NCBI GenBank assembly: GCA_963713495.1
Contig: CAVQLX010000015.1
Coordinates: forward strand, 72,738-136,737
Length of the DNA: 64,000 nt
Direction: 5' to 3'
From: an uncultured delta proteobacterium
GTDB lineage: Bacteria > Desulfobacterota > Binatia > DP-6
The position numbers were made by a program, and so were the translations under genes. A model generated the notes under the pieces. It saw only the letters and a list, made by a program, of their open reading frames with translations, was not told the origin of the DNA and made no database searches. Positions 42,648 to 51,408 of the stretch are shown one piece after another; position 1 is the first letter of the stretch; every line of letters starts with the position of its first letter.

Positions 42648-43983
42648 GGCGTGTCCTCCGGCGGTGCCTTGTTCCCGATCCCGACCGTGGCGTCAACCCG
42701 CTGGCCGCGCCGCGCGTCGCGCTCGCGCAGCGCCTCGTACACGGGCCGATCGCGGAGGATGGCCGCGAAGAGGTAGGCGGCGAGGGCGGCCGTCGCCTGG
42801 GGGATCAGGTACCGTCCCGAGTGGGTGAGCTCGACCAGAAGCACGAGACCGGTCATCGGCGCGCGAACCGAGGCCACGAAGACGGCCACCATTCCCGCCG
42901 TCGCCAGTACGGGCCCGAGCGTGCCTCCACCGAGGTCCGGCGCGAGCACGTGCACGATCGCGCCCACGGCCGCGCCGAGCACCAGCTGGGGCGCGAAGAT
43001 GCCGCCCGGCACGCCACAGCCGTAGCTCGCGAGCGTGAGGGTGAACTTCACCAGGAGGAACACGACGAGGATCGCGAGAGCGGGCTGGAAGCTCCCGCGG
43101 ATCACCGCCCCGCCACCTTCTCGCCGCCGCCGATCGCCGCGGGCAGCCAGCACGCGACGCCTGCCGCCGCGACGCCGACCACGGCCGCGCCGAGCCACCG
43201 CGGTCCCGGCGCGGCCTCGAACACGTCGAGGACTCGCAGCAGCCCGCGGTTGAACGCCACCCCGAGCATCCCGGCTGCCAGCCCCAGGGCGAGAAACAGC
43301 GGCATGAGCGCCGCGGGCGGCGGCGGCACGGGCGGCATCTCGAACATCGGTCCAGGGCCGACCAGGCGCTGCGTGACGAGATACGAGGCCAGCACGGCGG
43401 GCAGCACCGTGGAGACCACCAGGCGGCTCGGCCGCAGCCGCAGCTCCTCGAGCACGAAGATGAAGCTGGCGATCGGGGCGCTGAACGCCGCCGTGAGGCC
43501 GGCTGCCGCGCCCGCGGCGAGCATCGCGCGCCGCGCCCGGACGCCCAGCGGCCCCTCCAGCGCGGACGCGATTCCCGCGCCCAGGTGTATCGTCGGCCCT
43601 TCCCGCCCGAGCGAGAGCCCCGAGACGAGCGCGAGCGCTCCGCCCACGAACTTGACGGGCAGCAGCCGGCGCCAGCGCAGGCGCCGGTCGTGCGCCATCG
43701 CTTCCTCGACGTGCGGGATGCCGCTGCCGGAGGCCTCGGGCGCGAAGCGCCCGGTGAGCCAGCGCGAGAGCGCCGCCCCGGCGCCGAACAGTGCCGCGAG
43801 CGCGAGCCAGCCGAGACGACCCCTGACGAGCGGCGCGATCCGCTCGCTCGACCAGGGAACGTCGGGACCGAGGACCAGCCGGTACCCGCCTCCGACCAGA
43901 CCCGTGATCCCGCCGGCCACCGCCGCGCGCACGGCCGGGCGCGGATCGAACGCCGGTGGCCGTCTGGCGGACGTCTCTGGCAC
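42644..43983 (-). pseudogene. ClC family voltage-gated chloride channel / H+-Cl- antiporter, apparent frameshift near 43115
   Basis: GSGIP and GREGP selectivity motifs are in the 43983 frame. The C-terminal half (...GSFQPALAILVVFLLVKFTLTLASYGCGVPGGIFAPQLVLGAAVG...) is in the 43198 frame. Confidence 0.7.
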
Positions 43984-44002
43984 GAGCCGATGCGCCCGTC
44001 GC

Positions 44003-44569
44003 TCAGGCCCCGAGGACGCGACGCAGCCGCGCGGTCATCTCCGGCGGCGTCCAGGGTATCCGCGGGCCCGGAGATCCCGCCGGACCGAGCGCGATGCGCA
44101 CCAGGAGGAACGCCGGCCCGTCACCTTCGAGAAATCCGGGGAGCACCGCGTCGAGCTCACTCGCCGACTCCACGCGAGCCGTCCAGCGATAGCCGGCGGC
44201 GCGCGCCAGCTCCTCGAGGGCGACGCGATCCGAGATGGTCGGCTGGCCGCCGGTGGACGCGTGAGCCGAGTTGTCGAAGCAGACGTGCAGCAGGTTCGAG
44301 GGACTCGCGGTCGCGATCGTGGCGAGGGCGCCCAGGTTCATCAGCACGTTGCCGTCGCCGTCGAACACGATGACGCGTCGATCGGGACGTGCCAGCGCGA
44401 CCCCGAGGCCGATCGACGCGGCCAGTCCCATCGAGCCGATCATGTAGAAGCAGGCGTCGGTGTCGCGCGCGCCGAACGCCGCGCGCGACAGGAACCCGTT
44501 GGCATGCACGCGCACCTCGTCGCCGAGGTGCGGAACGATCCGCTCCAGCGCGTCGCGCAGCGTCATCAT
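44003..44569 (-). CDS. Phosphonopyruvate (sulfopyruvate-type) decarboxylase beta subunit, TPP-binding C-domain
   Basis: TPP motif IVFDGDGNVLMNLGALATIA and IGSMGLAASIGLGVA. The start ATG overlaps the alpha-subunit stop (GTGATGATG). Confidence 0.8.
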   Translation of the reverse strand: MMTLRDALERIVPHLGDEVRVHANGFLSRAAFGARDTDACFYMIGSMGLAASIGLGVALARPDRRVIVFDGDGNVLMNLGALATIATASPSNLLHVCFDNSAHASTGGQPTISDRVALEELARAAGYRWTARVESASELDAVLPGFLEGDGPAFLLVRIALGPAGSPGPRIPWTPPEMTARLRRVLGA

Positions 44570-45090
44570 CACCCATGCTCCGTGAACAGGCCGGGCTTCA
44601 CGAGGAGCGCGACGGGCTTGCGCGTCGCGGAGAGCGTGGCAGCGGCCCAGTCGACGTCGGCGAGCACGGTCGTCGCATCCGGATCGCGATGCGGGATGGC
44701 GAACAGATCGAGCAACGGGGCCAGGACGCCGCCCATCACGAGGTGCTCGGGCGCGTCCTTCCCCTCGTATCCGCGCCACGTGATCACGAGGAGGACGGGC
44801 AGCTCGTACAGGATGTGCAGCGAGCCGAGCGCGTTCAGCGACACGCCGAGACCGGAGTTCTGCATGATCACGACCGGCCGGCGGCCGCCCAGGTAGGCAC
44901 CCGCGGCGACGCCGAGCGCCGCGTCCTCGCGTGTCTCGCCCAGGTAGCGGCCGCGACGCTCGAGCTCGGCGATCACCGGGCCGACGAGCGAGCAGGGGAC
45001 ACCGGCGAAGAAGTCGAAGCCGGCGGCGAGGAGTCGATCGACGAAGCTGGCAGCGGAGACCGGAGCGGTCAGCGCGCCACCTCCGCCCAC
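44569..45090 (-). CDS. Phosphonopyruvate (sulfopyruvate-type) decarboxylase alpha subunit, TPP-enzyme N-domain
   Basis: FVDRLLAAGFDFFAGVPCSLVGPV...VVIMQNSGLGVSLNAL. In-frame GTG at 45090, overlapping the end of ppm by 22 nt. Confidence 0.75.
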   Translation of the reverse strand: MGGGGALTAPVSAASFVDRLLAAGFDFFAGVPCSLVGPVIAELERRGRYLGETREDAALGVAAGAYLGGRRPVVIMQNSGLGVSLNALGSLHILYELPVLLVITWRGYEGKDAPEHLVMGGVLAPLLDLFAIPHRDPDATTVLADVDWAAATLSATRKPVALLVKPGLFTEHG

Positions 45091-46721
45091 GCCCGCCGGT
45101 AGTCGTCGAAGCTGTCGATCTCCATCCAGCCCTTGTGGATGTCGACCGCGACCACCGGGTGCCCGCGATCGATCAACGCCTGGAAGATGTGCGTGATGCT
45201 GCTGCGCTCCAGCCCCTCGGCGCGTTGCGCCGTCAGCTCGGCGTGGACGTCGAGCAACGTCTTCGCACCCGCGGCCGACAGCATGGCGAGCCCGATGAAC
45301 TCGCCGTGCGCCTCCTCGGGGCGCACCTCGGGCCCGATGCGCAGCACGCGGCTTCCGCCCTCGGGCGCGACGAAGCGACGGCCGTTGGGCGGCGTCTCCG
45401 TGACGACGAGATCGAGCGGGCCCGGGGGCGGCGGCATGCCGGCCTGGAGCGTGTCGACGAAGGCGCGATCGACGACGACCGCGACGTCCGCCGTCGAGCG
45501 CACGAGCTTCTCCAGGACCGGCGGCTCGAAGATGATGTCGCCGTAGAGGATCACGCACGGCCCGCTCAGCTCCGCGCTCGCGCACAGCAGCGACTCCAGC
45601 TCGCCCGTCTCGGCGAACCGGTCGTTGTCGACGTAGCGCGCGCCGTCGGCCGCCACCTGCTCCTTCTTGTATCCGCGTACCACCACGACGTCGCGGATGC
45701 CGACGCGCCCGAGCGACTCGATCTGACGGTCGAGGATGGTGCGGCCCTTCACCTCGAGCATCGTCTTCGGACGATCCTGGGTGAGCGGCAGGAGCTGCGG
45801 CTCGAATCCCGCCGCGAGGATGACGGCCTTCGGGGCCTCCGCGCCGGCGAAGAGGAAGCGCTGCTCGTTCGCCTTGAGCTCCGGGACGCCGACCAGGCGA
45901 TAGACCTCTTCCAGCGGCACGATCCGATCGTCCACGCTGGCCGCGCGGCCGGTCTCGCGCAGCCGCAGCAGGGTGTCGCGCATGGCGACGATGGCGGCGC
46001 GCAGCGGCTGGTTGGCGAAGATCGACATGCGGAAACCCGCCGCGGCGAGCTCCTCGAGACCGACCTCCGCGTAGGTGGTGGGCACCGCCACGAGAGGAAC
46101 GTGCGGCGACCCGTCGACGCGCCACCGATCGGCGAACCGGCGCAGCTCGCCGAAGTCGCGCTCCTTCGAGTGCACCAGGACGGCGTCGGCGCCCGCGTCG
46201 GCATAGGCCTTCGCGCGGTGCAGGGCGTCGTCGATGCCGAGGCCGGCGATCAGCGCCTCGGTGCGCGCGATGACGGCGAAGTCGGAGCTGCGCCGGGCCG
46301 AGCACGCCGCCTCGATCTTGCGCGCATGCTCCTCGGCCGCGACCAGATCGCGGCGCACCCCGGCGTAGAAGCTGCACCGCTTGGGAAACTCGTTGTCCTC
46401 GATGCAGATGCCCGCGGCACCGGCACGCTCGAACTCGCTCGCCGTGCGCATCACGTTGATGGCGTTGCCGTAGCCGTTGTCGCAGTCGGCGACGACCGGG
46501 ATGGTCACGGCATCGCAGATGCGACGGACCGCATCGAGCGTCTCGGTGAGGGTGAGGATGTTGGCGTCCGGCACGGCCTGGACCGCCGAGATGCCGAACC
46601 CGCTCGCCCAGACGGCGTCGAATCCGGCTTCCTCTGCGAGCTTGGCCGAGAGCGCATCGTGGGCACCTGCCGCCAGCACCACCCCCGGCCGCTCGAGCAA
46701 CCGCCTCAGACCCCCTGGCAT
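45069..46721 (-). CDS. ppm: Phosphoenolpyruvate phosphomutase fused to a C-terminal PntC/LicC-like nucleotidyltransferase domain
   Basis: Ppm/ICL-fold N-domain with the signature EDNEFPKRCSF (EDKxxxxxNS) and ...ADCDNGYGNA.... C-terminal approximately 250 aa KAVILAAGFEPQLLPLTQDRPKTMLEVKGRTIL is an NTP-transferase fold. 550 aa. Confidence 0.85.
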   Translation of the reverse strand: MPGGLRRLLERPGVVLAAGAHDALSAKLAEEAGFDAVWASGFGISAVQAVPDANILTLTETLDAVRRICDAVTIPVVADCDNGYGNAINVMRTASEFERAGAAGICIEDNEFPKRCSFYAGVRRDLVAAEEHARKIEAACSARRSSDFAVIARTEALIAGLGIDDALHRAKAYADAGADAVLVHSKERDFGELRRFADRWRVDGSPHVPLVAVPTTYAEVGLEELAAAGFRMSIFANQPLRAAIVAMRDTLLRLRETGRAASVDDRIVPLEEVYRLVGVPELKANEQRFLFAGAEAPKAVILAAGFEPQLLPLTQDRPKTMLEVKGRTILDRQIESLGRVGIRDVVVVRGYKKEQVAADGARYVDNDRFAETGELESLLCASAELSGPCVILYGDIIFEPPVLEKLVRSTADVAVVVDRAFVDTLQAGMPPPPGPLDLVVTETPPNGRRFVAPEGGSRVLRIGPEVRPEEAHGEFIGLAMLSAAGAKTLLDVHAELTAQRAEGLERSSITHIFQALIDRGHPVVAVDIHKGWMEIDSFDDYRRAWAEVAR

Positions 46722-46823
46722 CGGAGAATCCGCTTATAGCCCCCGGGCACGCAGGTGCAAGCCAGCGTTTGAGCAGGCGAGACGACAGGCCATCCGGGTA
46801 ACACCTCCGTAACGGTTGCGCGT

Positions 46824-46867
46824 CGCTGACCGGTCGGGTAGACGGCTGACTCACCGCTCGGTCAGCG
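46824..46867. promoter_or_regulatory. Stem-loop (9-bp perfect stem CGCTGACCG / CGGTCAGCG, 26-nt loop) in the divergent ppm/hpnJ intergenic region
   Basis: Read directly. Lies 60 nt upstream of the hpnJ ATG and about 100 nt upstream of the ppm start. Function unknown (leader structure or protein-binding dyad). Confidence 0.3.
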
Positions 46868-46926
46868 GTGGTGGGCCGTATGCCGCGTGGGATCGCGTCG
46901 CCGGCGAGGGGGGGAAAGGGAACCGG

Positions 46927-48384
46927 ATGCGTACGCTCTTCTTGAATCCGCCGTCGTACGACGACTTCGACGGAGGCGCGGGCTCACGCTACCAGGCGAA
47001 GCGCGAGGTCTGGTCGTTCTGGTACCCCACCTGGCTCGCCTACCCGGCGGGCATGCTCCCGGGGGCGCGGCTGCTCGACGCGCCGCCGGAGGGTCTGAGC
47101 GTCGAGGACGTCGTGCGCGTGGCGCGCGACTTCGATCACGTCGTCATCCACACCAGCACACCGTCGTTCCGGGCGGACGTCCGCACCGCCGAGGCGCTGA
47201 AGGCGTCACGACCCGACACCGTCATCGGATTCGTCGGCGGACACGTCAGCGCGCGCCCCGAGGAGTCGCTCCGCTTCAGCGGCGCGCTCGACTACGTCGC
47301 GCGCAAGGAGTTCGACCTGGCCGTCGTGGCCGTCGCCAATGGCCGCCCGCTCGCCGACGTGCAGGGAATCAGCTTCCTCAGCGAGGGACGCTACGTCCAC
47401 ACCGACGAGCCCGCTCCGCTCGACAGCGAGCAGCTCGACGCGCTGCCGTTCGCCACCGACATCTACGCGCGCGACCTCGACTACAAGAAGTACAACAGCC
47501 CCTACTGCCAGTATCCGTACGTCTCGCTCTACACCGGCCGCGGCTGCCCGGCGCGCTGCACGTTCTGCCTCTGGCCGCAGGTGACGACCGGACACAGCTA
47601 CCGCACCCGCAGCGTCGCCAACGTGCTCGCGGAGTGCGCGCACGTGAAGCGGCTCTTCCCGGAGATGAAGGAGCTGTTCTTCGACGACGACACCTTCACC
47701 GCCGACCCGAAGCGCGCCGTCGAGATCGCGAAGGGGCTCGGCAAGCTCGGCATCACCTGGTCCACCAACTCGCGCGCCAACGTGGACCGCGAGACGCTGC
47801 AGGCGCTCGCCGAGAACGGGCTGCGTCTCTTCGTGGTGGGCTACGAATCGGGGAACGAGCAGATCCTGCGCAACATCCGCAAGGGAGTCGGCGTCGACCG
47901 GGCCCGCCGCTTCACTCGCGACTGCCACGACCTCGGCATCCTGATCCACGGCACGTTCATCCTGGGGTTGCCGGGCGAGACGCGCGACACGATCGTGGAG
48001 ACGATGCGGTTCGCGGACGAGATGCGGCCGGAGACGCTGCAGGTGTCGCTGGCGTCACCGTATCCGGGGACGGCGATGTACGACTGGGTGCGGGAGCGCG
48101 ACTACCTGACCGTCGACAGCCTGGTCGACGACACCGGCTACCAGAAGTGCACCGTGAGCTATCCCGAGGTGTCGGCGGACGAGATGTTCCGCGCCGTCGA
48201 GACGTTCTATCGCCACTACTACTTCAGCCGTCGCTACATCTGGAAGTCGATCAAGAAGATGGCGCGCGACCGCGAGGAGCGGAAGCGGCTCCTGTCGGAG
48301 GGGCGGCAGTTCCTCGGCGCGATGTGGAAGCGCCGCCAGATCGCCGCCGCGGCGGGACGCTCGGACCTCTCCACGGGGAGCTGA
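46927..48384 (+). CDS. hpnJ: Hopanoid biosynthesis-associated B12-binding radical SAM protein HpnJ
   Basis: N-terminus MRTLFLNPPSYDDFDGGAGSRYQAKREVWSFWYPTWLAYPAG is highly characteristic of HpnJ. Radical SAM CPARCTFC. RBS GGGGAAAGGG. Confidence 0.85.
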   Translation: MRTLFLNPPSYDDFDGGAGSRYQAKREVWSFWYPTWLAYPAGMLPGARLLDAPPEGLSVEDVVRVARDFDHVVIHTSTPSFRADVRTAEALKASRPDTVIGFVGGHVSARPEESLRFSGALDYVARKEFDLAVVAVANGRPLADVQGISFLSEGRYVHTDEPAPLDSEQLDALPFATDIYARDLDYKKYNSPYCQYPYVSLYTGRGCPARCTFCLWPQVTTGHSYRTRSVANVLAECAHVKRLFPEMKELFFDDDTFTADPKRAVEIAKGLGKLGITWSTNSRANVDRETLQALAENGLRLFVVGYESGNEQILRNIRKGVGVDRARRFTRDCHDLGILIHGTFILGLPGETRDTIVETMRFADEMRPETLQVSLASPYPGTAMYDWVRERDYLTVDSLVDDTGYQKCTVSYPEVSADEMFRAVETFYRHYYFSRRYIWKSIKKMARDREERKRLLSEGRQFLGAMWKRRQIAAAAGRSDLSTGS

Positions 48385-48385
48385 C

Positions 48386-49570
48386 GTGATCGCCCTGGTT
48401 CCGCTCGTGCTCGCGTGCTCCGCGATCGCCAGCTTCTACCAGCTCCTGCAGATCGTGGCGGCGCGGCGCTTCCTCCTGCGCTCGCGCCGTCTCCCGACCG
48501 GATACACCCCGCCCATCACCGTGCTGAAGCCGCTCAAGGGTCCCGGGGTCGAGCTGGCGACGAACCTCGAGACCTTCTGCCGTCAGGACTATCCCGAGTA
48601 CCAGATCGTGTTCGGCGTCGAGGACGCCGGTGACCCGGCGGTGGAGATCGTCCGTTCGCTCATGCGCCGGTTTCCCGACCGTGACATCACCCTCTCGGTC
48701 GGGGACGAGGAGGGAGCCAACCGCAAGGTCGCGAGCCTGGTGCACATGATGCGGCACGCCCGGCACGACGTGCTGGTGATCAGCGACGCCGACATCCGCG
48801 TGCGACCCGACTACCTGCGTACGCTGGCTGCTCCGCTGTCTGACCCGACGGTGGGGCTCACCACCTGCCTGTACCGCGGTCGCTCCATCATCGGGCTCCC
48901 GTCGCTGATCGAGTCGCTGTTCATCAACACCGACTTCCTGCCGATGGTGCTGATGGCGCAGTGGGTACAGCGATTTCGCTACGCCTACGGCGCCTCGACG
49001 GCGTTCCGGCGCGAGGCGCTCGCCGGCATCGGCGGATTCGACGCCCTGCGCGATCACCTCGCGGACGACTACGTGCTCGGCAACCGCATCGCCGACGCGG
49101 GATGGCGGCTGCTGCTGCTGCCCTACGTGGTCGAGACGGTCCTCGACTCGCGCACCCTCGGCGACGTCTGGCGACACCAGCTGCGCTGGGCGCGCACCTA
49201 TCGGGCATGCCAGCCCTTCGGCTGGTTCGTCTCGCTCATCGTCCACACCATGCTGTGGGGCGTGCTGGCGGTGCTCGCCACGAGCGGGTCGACCGTCGGC
49301 TGGATCGCGCTCCTCACGGCCATCGTCGCGCGCGTCGGGGCGCTTCGCGTGATCCTCGGCATGCTCGGCGATACGGCAACCGTGCGCGAGCTGTGGCTCG
49401 TGCCGCTGAAGGACCTCGCCTACTCGGCGGTCTGGATGACCTCGTGGCTCGGACGCGACGTCGTCTGGAGCGGGCAGCGCCTGCGCGTGCTGCCCGACGG
49501 TCGCATGCTCCCGCTGGACGCCGTCTCCGAACCGGCCCTCCCGTCGAAGCTGGCGGCGCCGTCGCGCTGA
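48386..49570 (+). CDS. hpnI: Hopanoid biosynthesis-associated GT2 glycosyltransferase HpnI
   Basis: TVLKPLKG...QDYPEYQIVFGVED...DAD motifs of HpnI-type GT2. GTG start 2 nt after the hpnJ stop. Confidence 0.8.
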   Translation: MIALVPLVLACSAIASFYQLLQIVAARRFLLRSRRLPTGYTPPITVLKPLKGPGVELATNLETFCRQDYPEYQIVFGVEDAGDPAVEIVRSLMRRFPDRDITLSVGDEEGANRKVASLVHMMRHARHDVLVISDADIRVRPDYLRTLAAPLSDPTVGLTTCLYRGRSIIGLPSLIESLFINTDFLPMVLMAQWVQRFRYAYGASTAFRREALAGIGGFDALRDHLADDYVLGNRIADAGWRLLLLPYVVETVLDSRTLGDVWRHQLRWARTYRACQPFGWFVSLIVHTMLWGVLAVLATSGSTVGWIALLTAIVARVGALRVILGMLGDTATVRELWLVPLKDLAYSAVWMTSWLGRDVVWSGQRLRVLPDGRMLPLDAVSEPALPSKLAAPSR

Positions 49571-49572
49571 GG

Positions 49573-51408
49573 GGACGACGTACGGCCACGGCGGAGCGCG
49601 ACCTCCGGGCACTCCCCGGAACCCGCCGCGCCGGGCTGCCGTGGCGCTCCGCGCTCCGCACATGGGCGCTCGCCGTCGGCCTCGCCGCCGGCGCCGGCGC
49701 GACGCTGGCGATCATCGCGATCGCCCGCAAGCAGGTCCTGCCGATCGGACGTGCCGAGCAGCTCGACCTGGTCGCGCGCTGGGCGATGCTCGCGGCGCCG
49801 ACGGGCGCGGCGCTCGGGGTGCTCGGCGCGCTGCTCGTCCTCTGTGCGCGACACAAGGGCATCCGGCGCGGCCTGGTGGGGCTCGTGCTGCTCGCCGGCG
49901 GAACGCTGACCGTGGCCGCCGGGCTCCGCTCGCACAACTCGCCGTGGCACATGCTCGGCGCGCCGGCTCCGTACGAGCCGCTGGTGTCGCGCCACGCGCG
50001 CGAGGGCGCGCCGAACCTGGTGCTCATCACCGTCGACACGCTGCGGGCAGACCACCTCGAGCCATACGGGTACCAGCGTCCGACCGCGCCCGCGCTGAGC
50101 GCGCTCGCGCGCGACGGCGCGGTGTTCGACCTCGCGATCTCCCAGGCTCCGGAGACCCTGCACTCCATCGCGGCCCTGATGACCGGTCTCTACCCGCACG
50201 TCGTGGATCGCACGTTCGAGCTGCGCGAGCGGCGCGGACCGTTCCTCGATTCGGCGTATCACGCCCTCGCGGAGCGGCTGGCGGCGGGCGGCTACCACAC
50301 CGCCGGCTTCGTCTCGAATCTCTTCCTGCGCGCGCGCAACGGATTCGGCCAGGGATTCGAGCACTACGACGACACGTCGGGAATGTACTTCTGGGGTGCC
50401 AGCGGACGCAGCCGCCGGGCGAAGGATGTCGTGGACCCGGCCATCGCGTGGCTGGCGCACGCCGAGCCGCCGTTCTTTCTCTGGGTCCACGTGATGGACC
50501 CGCACCACCCGTACGAGCCGGCGGCGCCCGAGCCCTGGGAAGGAGCCGGGTCCCCGACGTTCATCGCCTTCGACCAGGAATACGGCGAGCTCGACATCTC
50601 CGGCTACACGCGCCGCCTCGAGGAACTCGGGACCGGCCGCCGGCCGTTCGCGCCGGGCGAGCTGGCGTATCTGGTCGGCCGCTACGACGCCGAGATCCGC
50701 CAGAGCGATCGCGCGATCGAACGCCTCGTCGACGGCCTGCACGCGCGCGGCTTCGACGCCAGCAACACCACCATCGTCGTCACCGCCGATCATGGCGAGG
50801 AGTTCGCCGATCACGGAGGGATGACGCACGGACAGACGCTCTTCGACGAGCTGATCCACGTGCCGCTGATCGCCCAGGGCGCCGGCGTACCGCGCGGCTC
50901 GCACGTGGAAGATCAGGTCCGGTTGATCGACGTCGCGCCGACACTGCTCGACCTGGCCGGGCTGCTCGACGGCCCCTCCGGACCCGGCCTGCACGGCCGC
51001 AGCCTGCTGCCGGCGTTGCGCGGCGCGCCGATGCCGGCGCTGCCGGCGCTGTCGTTCTGCGAGCGGGATTACGCGGCCTATCGCACGCCCGACCGCAAGC
51101 TCGTGGTCTCCTTCGAACCGTACCCGACGGCGCCGTCGCCCTGGCCGTTCTGGCGGAGCCTGACCTCGATGGCGAGCATCGCCTCCGGTCCACGTCACCG
51201 GCTCCGGATCGGCTACTGGCGACTCGGGAAGGATCCCGGCGAGCACGAGGATCTCCTCACCACCGATGCGGCCGGCGTCCGTCAAGCCTACGACGCGCTC
51301 CTGCTCGAGCGTCTCGCGCACCCGCCGCTGGCCGTCGCGTCATCGGCGGACACGGAGGTCGAGGCGTCGACGCGCGAGCGCCTCGAGGCGCTCGGCTACG
51401 TGCGCTGA
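49573..51408 (+). CDS. Sulfatase-family (alkaline-phosphatase superfamily) membrane transferase, LtaS/EptA/OpgB-like; start codon uncertain
   Basis: Three N-terminal TM helices, then ...NLVLITVDTLRADHLEPYGY... metal-binding core lacking the C/S-x-P-x-R formylglycine motif, so a transferase rather than a true sulfatase. No canonical start codon in frame between the hpnI stop and TM1. Confidence 0.6.
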   Translation, partial: GRRTATAERDLRALPGTRRAGLPWRSALRTWALAVGLAAGAGATLAIIAIARKQVLPIGRAEQLDLVARWAMLAAPTGAALGVLGALLVLCARHKGIRRGLVGLVLLAGGTLTVAAGLRSHNSPWHMLGAPAPYEPLVSRHAREGAPNLVLITVDTLRADHLEPYGYQRPTAPALSALARDGAVFDLAISQAPETLHSIAALMTGLYPHVVDRTFELRERRGPFLDSAYHALAERLAAGGYHTAGFVSNLFLRARNGFGQGFEHYDDTSGMYFWGASGRSRRAKDVVDPAIAWLAHAEPPFFLWVHVMDPHHPYEPAAPEPWEGAGSPTFIAFDQEYGELDISGYTRRLEELGTGRRPFAPGELAYLVGRYDAEIRQSDRAIERLVDGLHARGFDASNTTIVVTADHGEEFADHGGMTHGQTLFDELIHVPLIAQGAGVPRGSHVEDQVRLIDVAPTLLDLAGLLDGPSGPGLHGRSLLPALRGAPMPALPALSFCERDYAAYRTPDRKLVVSFEPYPTAPSPWPFWRSLTSMASIASGPRHRLRIGYWRLGKDPGEHEDLLTTDAAGVRQAYDALLLERLAHPPLAVASSADTEVEASTRERLEALGYVR

